Shown: piece by piece, positions 16,069 through 26,085 of the stretch
Position numbering within the stretch: position 1 is the stretch's first letter
How the letters are laid out: each line of letters begins with the position of its first letter
Source of the DNA: Pachysolen tannophilus NRRL Y-2460
Taxonomy: Eukaryota
Reading direction: 5' to 3'
Assembly (NCBI GenBank): GCA_001661245.1
Contig: KV454014.1
Span: 62,001 to 126,000, forward strand
DNA length: 64,000 nucleotides
The notes under the pieces: generated by a model
Databases searched by the model: none
What the model was told of the DNA's origin: nothing
The model's input: only the letters and a program-made list of their open reading frames with translations
Position numbers and translations under genes: made by a program

Positions 16069-18470
16069 ATGTCAAACTTCTTTCGGGATACAAATCTTTT
16101 CAAACCGAGGAAAAATAATATATTTTCATCCTCATCTTCATCTGCGTTAAATGCCGATAAACATAGGAATCAGCAAGATTTATCTTCATCAGTATTAAAT
16201 GGTGATGTGCTGTCGTCTCCAGAGAGAAGAAATAATAGCAGTAATAAGAATGATGATTTTTTTATGAATCAAGATAATTCAGTTTTAAGTACGGAGGATT
16301 CAAACATTTCAACGAATATAACTTCTGGTCCAAAAAAGACATCAACTGCAAATACCTCTGTCAAAGATGTTTCCCTCAAAGATAATAATAATAATAATAA
16401 TAATAATAAAGTTATTCATCAAGAAGGGGAAGAAGAAGAAGAGGAAGATGACGATTCGTTTAATAATAGCTTTGAAATAATGGAAATTAGGGATGTTAAT
16501 GGTCAAACTCAAACGAATAATGATGTTACATCTCCTGCAACAACAACCACTTACTCCAAGTCAGAGCTTGATAAGAATGACCAAAATGAGTCTGATTTGA
16601 AAAAGATGAAATCAGTTGAAGTTACAAGATTGGTGACAGATGACGATTCATTACAACCTTTGTTGTTAACAATTCAAAGTTTAACTAATATTCGTCACCA
16701 ATTAGAATCTAAATTAAAAAATTCACAAGATATTATTAGTCAAAAAAATGAAGAGATTAGAAATAATAAAGATAGAATTCAAGCCATAAAACAAAAAGTA
16801 GAGAAAGCTGTACAATTGATTGGGTTATTAAACGATGAAATTATTTCTGTTAAAAGTGAAAAAAATGAATTTTTCAACAAATTAACAGATATTCAAATTG
16901 AAAATCAAACATTTCATACAAAGCTAGGAGAATCAAAGTTTCATGTTGAGAATTTATCTAAGAAATTAGATGCCTTGAGAAACAAATTCATTATAAATAA
17001 TTCAGAAGTGGAAAAAAAAGATTTAATCATTAACAATTTGAAATCTAAGATTAATGATTTTTCAGGAAGATTATCAGAAGAAAAACTAAGAGCAATTGGA
17101 CTAGAAAAAGAACTTGATCATTCTCGTAAAAATTATGATTCAAATATTGCTAGAGAAGCTGAACTTAGAATGAAATTTCAGGAAAAATTTGAATCTCAAA
17201 GATCAAATTTAAAACTTGAATTTAAGTAAGTACAAGAACTTACCCCTTTTTTCATTAGTCTGATAATTTACTAACTCTTACCTCTATCTTTAACAAAGAA
17301 ACATATCTGAATTTTTTGAAAAAAAAATCGATGTTATACAAACCACTTTAACTACACGATTTGATAATATTAATGAAAAGTACAGTTTTACCTTTTTTTC
17401 TTTCAATTTTATTTATTTACATTTCTTAATTGACTAATTACTAATTTTTTTTAATGTTTTTTTATAATTCAGTATTGATCAAAATGCAACTGATGTGATT
17501 AAAGATAAATTGGAATATTTAAATTCAAATATTGAAAAGCTTGAGACAAATTTTTTTGAAAAGCTTTCAAAGTGGGATTCTGTTCCTACAACTATCACCA
17601 AAGAACAAGAAAAATCATTTTTGGAATTGAAAAAAGAAATTAACGGAGCCTATGACAAAATATTAATCTCTAATGGCAATTTGAAAGATGGTATTACCAC
17701 CGATTCATCCAAAGTCAATGAGAAATTTGAAAAAATATTTAAAGATTTTGGATCATTTTCAAATAAACTTGATCAACAACAAAATTCACTTGAAAGTTTT
17801 GATGAAATTATAGAAGAAAAATTAAAAGAAAAACAAGAATTAAATACAAGATTGCAAACGGCAACGGATGAATTGGTTCTTCAAAAACTAAGAAACGAAG
17901 AATTAATGAAAGAACTAACTTTGAATCAAACAAAATCTCTGGATGGTAAATCTGAAATAGAAAAATTGCACAAGAAAATTGAAGAGCTGACTCAAGAGAA
18001 CAAACGGTATATAAACGAATTAAAAGAGCTAAAAGATGATATCAAATTAAGAGAAAGCAAATTAGCTGAATTCGAGAAAACTTCTATAATTGAAAGAGAA
18101 AATTTCATTAAATCCTATGAAAGTAAATTGAGATCACAAACTGATTTAAATACACAAATTGTAAATGAAAATGAAAAAGCCAAAGAATCTGCAAGACATG
18201 AATTATTACTGATGAGAAAATCTTATAACGAAATTAAAATCAGTCTTAATTCAACTTTACATGAAAATCAAACTTTAAAAGATCAACTTTGCAATTTGAA
18301 GAAATTTTCAAATTCTAAATCAATACCAAAAAAAGAACTTGAAAAAACTAAAGTTTGTAAAAATTCGACTGATCAAAGAAAAATCCAAAGAAATGAGACA
18401 ATTCAAGTTAAGGAAAAAATCATAAATAATGCAGATAACGATGATTATGCAGATAATGTTGATGTTAACG

Positions 18471-18501
<31 letters not shown>

Positions 18502-18661
18502 TGATGATGTTTTTGAGCTAAGATCAAGTCCTAAAACTTCTCCTGAACCACAATTTTTAAGAAAGCTGCTGAAAAGGAAAAGAAAGTTAATTGATGATCG
18601 TTCTCAAAATGAAAGTATCAATCTGAAAAATTATTTGAAAAAAAAACTGGCAAACCAGTAA
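16069..18661 (+). CDS. ZIP1: Synaptonemal-complex transverse filament protein Zip1; 3 exons (16069-17225, 17299-17379, 17473-18661), 808 aa
   Basis: N-terminus MSNFFRD..FKPR..NIF, FEIMEIRDV and SGRLSEEK match recalled Zip1 motifs (MSNFFRD, FEITEVREV, SGQLSEEK). Long coiled coil. Two introns join track ORFs 16033-17229 and 17495-18661 in frame. Lies between DPP1 and a YDR286C-like gene, as in S. cerevisiae. Confidence 0.9.
17226..17298 (+). other. ZIP1: Spliceosomal intron 1 of ZIP1 (73 nt, phase 2)
   Basis: GTAAGT donor, TACTAAC at 17269-17275, first downstream AG is AAG at 17296-17298; removal restores the frame. Confidence 0.88.
17380..17472 (+). other. ZIP1: Spliceosomal intron 2 of ZIP1 (93 nt, phase 2)
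   Basis: Non-consensus GTACAG donor, T-rich body with in-frame TAA at 17435-17437, GACTAAT/TACTAAT branch candidates, CAG acceptor; joins in frame to exon 3. Confidence 0.8.
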
Positions 18662-18754
18662 TCGCTTTCATATATTAAGCTGCAATCAATATTTGTTCTT
18701 CTTTTTATTTTGGTATCTATTGTCAAACATAATAAAATGCTTTACCCATCTATT

Positions 18755-19099
18755 TTACAATTTTTGAGATAACTCTTCTATCAACTCTTCCGCATCCAAC
18801 CTATGCATAAATTTAATTGGCCTAGACTGTGCTTCTCTATCTATATGAAGCACAGGTATATCATAGACATACATATCATGCCATTTCAAGTTTTCTGGTT
18901 TCAAAATATCAACTTCTTGATAATTCAATAATTTTAAATCAATCGATTTATCAGTAAATATTTTTTTCTTCAACACTTCTTTAGCCTCCTCACACAAAGG
19001 ACAAGCCTCTTTAGTAAACAAAGTCAATTGAATCGTATCTTTCATACATCTTGCTGCTGTCGTTGTAAAAAATCTCTTCCCTATACTTGAATAAAACAT
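18755..19099 (-). CDS. Mitochondrial glutaredoxin-like protein (DUF836, YDR286C-like)
   Basis: Presequence-like N-terminus, LTLFTKEACPLCEEAK (CxxC), WHDMYVYDIPVLHI, KFMHRLD. ATG at 19099. Confidence 0.88.
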   Translation of the reverse strand: MFYSSIGKRFFTTTAARCMKDTIQLTLFTKEACPLCEEAKEVLKKKIFTDKSIDLKLLNYQEVDILKPENLKWHDMYVYDIPVLHIDREAQSRPIKFMHRLDAEELIEELSQKL

Positions 19100-19374
19100 G
19101 CTAAATATTTCATCAAATTTGTTCAATTAAACATTTAACTTTTTTGCTTTTTTTTATTTTAATTTATTTTTTTTTTCTTGCAAAAACATATTAATTTTTG
19201 TGCTTAAAAGGAAAATAGGTTACAAATATAAAAGAGAAAATTAAAAAAACAAAAAAAAAAGAAAAAAGAAAAGAAAAGAAAAGAAAAAGAAAAAGAAAAA
19301 GAAAAAGATCAAATTTCGAACAAGATTGAAATTGTAGATATTGCTTTTAATAGATTGGGTAAAGCAATGAGATA

Positions 19375-21549
19375 ATGTTTCACACACCGCCATCAGTCAA
19401 TCCTATCTATGATCAGGAATCAAGAAAGAATTCGTATTTTAGCGATGAAGACAGCAAGATAATTATAAATGATAATAAGGGAGGAGATCAAATTTCTAGT
19501 ATGATCACTAGCAATAATAGTAATGTTAATGGTAGTGATAATGGGAATGGGAATGAGAATGAGAATGATGGTAATTATCGTGTTGATGATGAGTTACCAA
19601 GGGTTTTAGCTGAAGATTTTGATAGGTTTGTTGCTTCATTAAAGAAACCTAAATTTAATCATCCTTTAGATTTAAATGATATTGCATCATTATATCAACA
19701 ATTTTATAAAGATTTCAGTTATAAGAATGCACATTATGTGAAAAATAAATATAATAAGAGTAATAGTAATAATATTAATAAACCAATTGAATTACTTAAT
19801 AAAGAAGAAATATTATTGAATCAAAAAACTGATATATCTATTTTACAAGAAATTTATAAGAATAATGTATTAGTTGAAGATAAGATATGTAATAAGTTTT
19901 ATTCCAAAATTTTTAAAAGTAAAAAATTATTAAAGAATGATCAATTAGAAAATTTAATAAATAATAAATTAAATAAGAAATTAAAGATTTTACAAAAAAT
20001 AAATATTTCATTAAAATCATTAGATTTAAATGTTGAAATTGAAAATATTGATAATTTTTTAAAAGATTTACTTTTAAAAGAATTTTTAAAATTAAATTTT
20101 GAAATAAAATCACCAACTTCTAAATTATTACAATTAAAAAAAATTCATGAATTAATTAATCAATTATTTAAAAATTTAGAAATTGAAATTAATGGAGATT
20201 TTTATTTACCAATTTTAATTTATACTATAATCAAATTTAATATTGATGATTTATATTTAAATTTGAATTTTATTAAAAGATTTCGAAATCTGAATATTTA
20301 TTATAATGGTGGATTTAAAGAAGATGAATGTGGTAAATTATTATATGTTTTAACAAATTTTGAAGCATGTTTAATGTATTTAATTAATGTCACTGTTGAA
20401 GATTTAAATATTTCTAAAGATGAAGCTATTAAAAGTTATACACTTGAAGGAGATAATAATAGAGAAGTTATTAAGAAACAAGAATTTAATGAATTAATAT
20501 CTGCTCCTATAAATATTGATCCAGAAATTTTATCATATTGTGAAGATTTTAAATTGAATAGAAAAATTCATAGAAGAAAAAAATCTATTAATAATAATAA
20601 TAATGTTAGTGAATTAGAACCAATTGATTCAACTTCTACATTTTTTTTACCAGAATTAACTTTATATAATGCAGATCAAAGTATAAGAACTATAGGAGCG
20701 GCATTTGATTCTAGTGTTAAAAATATTTTTGGAAGAGTTGCAGATATTGTTGATCAAACTGGTGTATTAGCAAGAATTCAAGAACTGAATAGTAGTGAAA
20801 TTAGTAATAAGACAAAACAACAAATTGAAGAGAATTTTAAAAATTTGTCTAATAATACTGGAGAAGATACTACAGTAAGTGGAGGTGTCCATGAACAAGA
20901 AAAGGAAGAAAAGGAAAATGAGAACGGGAACGGGAACGAAAATGAGAACACGAAAGCGAACGGAAATGAGAATGAGAATGATAATGACAATGAGACAATA
21001 AAGTTGGACAATACCAATACCAATACTAATACTAATCTAAGGCCTGAATTATTATCACCAATTTCAACCACTTCTTCGTCTTCCACGACAAATATCAATA
21101 TCAACAATATCAATAATAACAATAGCAATAATAATAATAATAGTAGTAGCAGCACACCGTTCAATAAGCTTTCTCATAGTGTGAGTGGCGTAATGAAGAC
21201 GTTTAGGCCAATTAGTAATTCCAATTCTTCTACTTCATTATCAAGTCATCTTGAACCAGAATTACCACAAAGAAGAAATAGATCAAGAACTACAAGTCTT
21301 ATTGGTAGTGTATTCAACGCCGGAAATATAAATAATTATAATAATAGCAGTGCCTCTAAATCAACTACAGGTTTTATGAGTAGTATTGAACAAGCATTTG
21401 AAACTAAAAATACAAATGCAGAAATTGTTGAAACGTTAAGATTTTTCAAGAAAAAGATTAATTTAAAAGATCGAGTTTTTGAAGATTTACAAATAAGTGA
21501 ATTGAAAGAGATTTTTCAAGATTATCAAAAAATTTTAGATCAAGTGTAA
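19375..21549 (+). CDS. MUK1: VPS9-domain Rab5-family GEF Muk1
   Basis: FHTPPSVNP N-terminus; VPS9 motifs GDFYLPILIYTII, NLNFIKRFR, YVLTNFEACL; C-terminal FEDLQISELKEIFQDYQKIL. Confidence 0.8.
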   Translation: MFHTPPSVNPIYDQESRKNSYFSDEDSKIIINDNKGGDQISSMITSNNSNVNGSDNGNGNENENDGNYRVDDELPRVLAEDFDRFVASLKKPKFNHPLDLNDIASLYQQFYKDFSYKNAHYVKNKYNKSNSNNINKPIELLNKEEILLNQKTDISILQEIYKNNVLVEDKICNKFYSKIFKSKKLLKNDQLENLINNKLNKKLKILQKINISLKSLDLNVEIENIDNFLKDLLLKEFLKLNFEIKSPTSKLLQLKKIHELINQLFKNLEIEINGDFYLPILIYTIIKFNIDDLYLNLNFIKRFRNLNIYYNGGFKEDECGKLLYVLTNFEACLMYLINVTVEDLNISKDEAIKSYTLEGDNNREVIKKQEFNELISAPINIDPEILSYCEDFKLNRKIHRRKKSINNNNNVSELEPIDSTSTFFLPELTLYNADQSIRTIGAAFDSSVKNIFGRVADIVDQTGVLARIQELNSSEISNKTKQQIEENFKNLSNNTGEDTTVSGGVHEQEKEEKENENGNGNENENTKANGNENENDNDNETIKLDNTNTNTNTNLRPELLSPISTTSSSSTTNININNINNNNSNNNNNSSSSTPFNKLSHSVSGVMKTFRPISNSNSSTSLSSHLEPELPQRRNRSRTTSLIGSVFNAGNINNYNNSSASKSTTGFMSSIEQAFETKNTNAEIVETLRFFKKKINLKDRVFEDLQISELKEIFQDYQKILDQV

Positions 21550-22742
21550 AGTTTACGCGTGGACAAGCGCGTAGGCTTTTTATGGGCCTCTCTAAGCCTA
21601 GAGAGGCCTAGAGCCCAAAAGCCCACAGAGCCCAAAAGCTCAATAGCTCAATAACCTCAATAACCCACGGGTCTTCAGTTTCCCCACTAGACTTTAGTCT
21701 CCAGATTTTATTTCTTGCCCATTCCAAGACAATTAATTTTTATCAATAGTAGTACTATTATTATTACTATTATTATTATTGAAAAAAATTCCGCCCACCA
21801 TACTTGGGCGTGCATCCGTATAATCCATCCAAAAACGGTATTAGGGCGTGTGATTTTCTATTATACAAAAAAAAAGAAAACGAAAAAAACGAAAAAATTG
21901 CCCTCGCATTATGCCCTCGCATAATGCGGTACTCTTATTATGCGGTACTCATTTTGATCGCTCATTTTGATCGCTCACATGCGTTCCTCATTGTATTCTC
22001 TCACAAGAGTGATAGATGCATTACGTAAATACCCCTATTCCCCATTACGTACTATTCCTTCCAAATATAAATAAAATAAATATCCAAATATCCCGTATTA
22101 AATAAGAAATACAATTACAATTACAATTAAAAATTAAATAGAATCAAAAATTTACCTTATTTACAGATGTAGAAATACTTAATCAAACAACAACTATATA
22201 TGTGAAAGATTTGATAAGGTATGATAAGATTTAACCTTAATAATAGTTTTCCGGTCCTTGTTATTGCTAGTCCTCTTCGCCTAACATTTTTTTGGGTTTC
22301 TACCGCGTAATTTTGCCCGAAATTTTAATTTTTCAAATTTTTTTAAATTTTTTAAATTTTTTCTATCTTTTAAACGCACACGACTACAATTTAACCTTGT
22401 GAAGTTAATTTTAGGCTTGTTAAAATAGCTGCTTATTTTTGCATTACACGTGCTTCTTTTAATATTTATTAAGTAGACCATGTGTGCATCTAAGAGAAAT
22501 TCAATCTATACTAATTATAATAATAGTTTGGTTGTAATTGTATTAGTTTTTTTAAAGTGATATTTAATGAAATTATATATAAGCAGAAATGTTGGCATTG
22601 TGAAAAAAACAAAAAAAAAAAAAGGAAAAGGAAACAAAAATTTCACTGAAAAGTGGGAAGTGAAAAGTTTAGTTATAACTAATTTTTAATTTTATTTGGT
22701 ATTATTCAGACATACATAAATCAAATAATTAATAAAAAGGAA

Positions 22743-23309
22743 ATGTTTAAATTTTTAAGTAAAAAAATATTTGGGGTTGGAAATAAATCAGAATATAATA
22801 TTTGTTTACCTCATGATGATATAGAATCACAACAAAATAATGATGATTATAATAATTTCAGTTGTAATCAAGATAATCTGATTATTATATCAACATCAAA
22901 AGATTTATGTATTAATACTGAAAAAATTAATGAACATAAATGTTATCTTTATGTGAATAATAATGAAAAATTTTTTAATAATGAAAATTCAGAAAATTCA
23001 AAAATTTTTGAAAATTCAGTAACTATTGATATTTCAAAAATTCCAGCACGTACAAGAGAATATACTTATTCATTATTTATAGAATATTTACTTGATGTAC
23101 TCATAATAGCAACTTTTTTACTTTTTTTACAAGTATTTTATTTATATATTACAAACAAAAATTCAATTAAAAATTCAGAAGTTGAAATTTTGAAAAATTT
23201 CATGAAATTACCAACAGGTGCTCAAACAAGTATATTGGACAAGTTGATCAACATTAAAGATGTCGCAAATTTGAAATCAACCTCTATTGCTGGAACAATA
23301 ACTTTATAA
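22743..23309 (+). CDS. Hypothetical 188-aa protein with one predicted transmembrane helix
   Basis: 567-nt ORF in very AT-rich DNA, upstream TATATAAG near 22576, hydrophobic segment LFIEYLLDVLIIATFLLFLQVFYLYI. No recognised family. Confidence 0.6.
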   Translation: MFKFLSKKIFGVGNKSEYNICLPHDDIESQQNNDDYNNFSCNQDNLIIISTSKDLCINTEKINEHKCYLYVNNNEKFFNNENSENSKIFENSVTIDISKIPARTREYTYSLFIEYLLDVLIIATFLLFLQVFYLYITNKNSIKNSEVEILKNFMKLPTGAQTSILDKLINIKDVANLKSTSIAGTITL

Positions 23310-24186
23310 TGAATTTATAGATGAATCGGTTGTCGTCTAGTGTGTTTTTCTTTTAATTTTTTTTTCTTTTGTCTTGTTTTGACTTTTGACTTTTATAAGT
23401 AAAGCTTTTTAATGCTTCATGTCTTGTTTTTTCTTGTTTTCTGGTTTTTAGTTTATTTCTTCTTCTTATTTTTTTTTTTTTTTTTTTTTTATTTGGGTTT
23501 TAATACAGTTTACATTATCATTATCATTATCATTATCATACATATTCATTACCATTACCAGTGACTTTGCCACTGCCGTTACCACAGCATTTGCTCCATG
23601 TTTTCTTTTCTCTGCTCCATTTTGTGTGTAGTGTGCGACAAATCAAATTTCCCATTTAGGAAGTCTCGCCAAAGATGTATTTTCATCCTTAAAAACTGAA
23701 AAGAACAACAACAACATAATATTTATATATATATTCATATATTTATATATATATAACTAATTTAAACTAAATTAAATTGAATAACAATTAATAATATATT
23801 TATCTTGGCTCCATTGTTAAAGGAGATCTGGTAATTTATTAATCAGTCTTGTTTTATTTGTGTTTGCTGGAAAAAGCCAAAGAAAAAATAAAATCCAAAA
23901 AAAAAAAAAGAAAAAAAAAAAAAAAAAAAGTTCTAGTTTTGTTACTTATATATATATATCATCTATATTCGCTTGTTGGTTTTTAAAATTGCTTTTTTTG
24001 TTCTCAATTGTACTCTTGTATAATATAGCTTGAAAGATTTTTTTTTAAAAAGAGGATTAAAATAATAAGGGGAATTTAAAAATTTAGAGAAGTTAAAAAC
24101 TAAAGAAAGGAAGGAAAAAAATAAAAAATAAAAAAAATAAAAGAGAGGTTATTTTGAGAAATTGCTTAGAATTTAATTATTTAGAA

Positions 24187-25929
24187 ATGTCAAATGTATT
24201 CAAATCTTTTAGAAGAAGTGGTGGGAAGAAATCACCTTCGGCCACTTTAATATCGCCAGCAACAACAATGACTTCATCTTTCCAAACTCAAAAAGTTATT
24301 GAGGCATTGTATGATTATAAAGCTCAAAGTCCTGGAGAATTAAGTTTTAACGTTGGAAGTATTTTTTATGTAACAAAAATTGAAAATGATGATTGGTATA
24401 ACGTTAGAGATCCTCAGAAATTAAACAAAAGTGGTGTAGTACCAATTGCTTATTTTAAAGATATAACACCACTGAGAAAAGAATCTTCAGCAAGTTTATT
24501 AACAACAAAAGATGAAGAAGAAAATTTACCATTTGAAGCAAATAAAAGACAAAGCTTAACTACTTTATACGGAGTTGTGCTCTATGATTTTGATCCACAA
24601 CATCATGATGAATTAGAAGTCACTGAAGGTGAAAATATCATTATATGTGCACATCATGATTTTGAATGGTTTATAGCTAAACCAATAAATCGATTAGGTG
24701 GACCAGGTTTAGTACCTGTAAATTTCATTAGTATTATAAATTTAAAAACAAAATTACCCTCTGTAATAGATGCAAAGAGAGAAATCTTGGATTCAAAATT
24801 ACCAACAGTACAAGAATGGAAAACTTATAACGCAAATTATCAAGCAAGTGCAAAAGCTATTAAACTGAATACACAAACTCCATATTATAGTCAACAACAG
24901 CAACAACAGCAACATCAAAATCAACATCAACATCAATATCAACATCAACATCAAAATCAACATCAACAGCAACAGCAACGTCCTCCTCAAAACTACCAAT
25001 ACCAGCAACATCAATACCAACAACAATATAGTCCTCAACCTTCATTAGATAGGTCGAATTCTTCAAAGACTAATTCAACAAATATTTATGAATTACAAGC
25101 TATTTACGTTTTAGAAGCTGTAATTCAAGAAAAATATTTTGTAAAAGATTATCCAGAAGGAAAAGCTGGTAAATATTATTACAGCATTTTAACAAAATTA
25201 TCAAATAATTCAATCAGGTTAATTAATAGATCCTATGATGATTTCTTTGAACTACAAGCTTATTTGAAACAAGCATTTCCAAGAGAAGCAAATGAAGCAA
25301 ATAGAATTTTACCAACGATACCAGGTCCTTTACCAATAATTTCTGATAATATTGCAGAAAAAAGGAAAGATGATTTAAATGATTATTTGTTGAAATTGTT
25401 ATCTTTAAATGAATATATTAGTAAATGTAATTTAATTGTATCTTTTTTTAATTTCAAAAATGATAGAGATAAAGAATTATCAAGCATGTCAAGATTATCA
25501 CAACATCAAAAGGAAAGAAATTCTCAATATGAAAACAATAAAAATTTTAATCAATTATCCCGTGGATTCAGCAATTTAAGTGTACAAAAACCACCTTCAC
25601 ATCAGCATCAGGATTCATATCAGGATTCATACCAAGAAACCATAACAGACCATAACATTAATGAATCAACATTGACATCATCACCAAAGATAAAGATAAA
25701 ATTTTACTATAAAGATGATATTTTTGCATTGCAATTAGCTTATAATATTACTGTGAAAAATTTAAGAAAACTTATAACAGAGAGAATTGATAATTCTGAT
25801 TTCAGGCTTTTCCCCAAAAGTAGTAGGAATGTTGATGAAACTCAGTTTGATCCAAATGACGAAGTATTGACTGATGATGAATTAAAGATCAAATGCTTGG
25901 TGGAAAAGGGAAAGATATTAATTGTTTAA
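24187..25929 (+). CDS. BEM1: Polarity scaffold Bem1 (SH3-SH3-PX-PB1)
   Basis: Two SH3 domains (ALYDYKAQSPGELSF; ICAHHDFEWFIAKPINRLGGPGLVPV), PX (RSYDDFFELQ..LPTIPGP), PB1 (KIKFYYKDDIFAL). ATG at 24187. Confidence 0.95.
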   Translation: MSNVFKSFRRSGGKKSPSATLISPATTMTSSFQTQKVIEALYDYKAQSPGELSFNVGSIFYVTKIENDDWYNVRDPQKLNKSGVVPIAYFKDITPLRKESSASLLTTKDEEENLPFEANKRQSLTTLYGVVLYDFDPQHHDELEVTEGENIIICAHHDFEWFIAKPINRLGGPGLVPVNFISIINLKTKLPSVIDAKREILDSKLPTVQEWKTYNANYQASAKAIKLNTQTPYYSQQQQQQQHQNQHQHQYQHQHQNQHQQQQQRPPQNYQYQQHQYQQQYSPQPSLDRSNSSKTNSTNIYELQAIYVLEAVIQEKYFVKDYPEGKAGKYYYSILTKLSNNSIRLINRSYDDFFELQAYLKQAFPREANEANRILPTIPGPLPIISDNIAEKRKDDLNDYLLKLLSLNEYISKCNLIVSFFNFKNDRDKELSSMSRLSQHQKERNSQYENNKNFNQLSRGFSNLSVQKPPSHQHQDSYQDSYQETITDHNINESTLTSSPKIKIKFYYKDDIFALQLAYNITVKNLRKLITERIDNSDFRLFPKSSRNVDETQFDPNDEVLTDDELKIKCLVEKGKILIV

Positions 25930-26085
25930 TTAAAGTTTTTAATTTTTATTTTCTTTTTTTTTTTTTCATTTTCATTTTCAATTGCTAAAATTCTTTACGA
26001 AACAAATAGAAATATATGTAATGTAGTCCAAAATATAAGGGAATAAATATAAAAAGAAAAAATAAAACTATTAAAATTAAATGTC

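Noticed and set aside
16033..18661. Two separate coiled-coil genes, or a pseudogene, as the ORF track suggests
   Set aside because: Two introns join the ORFs in frame into one Zip1 protein.
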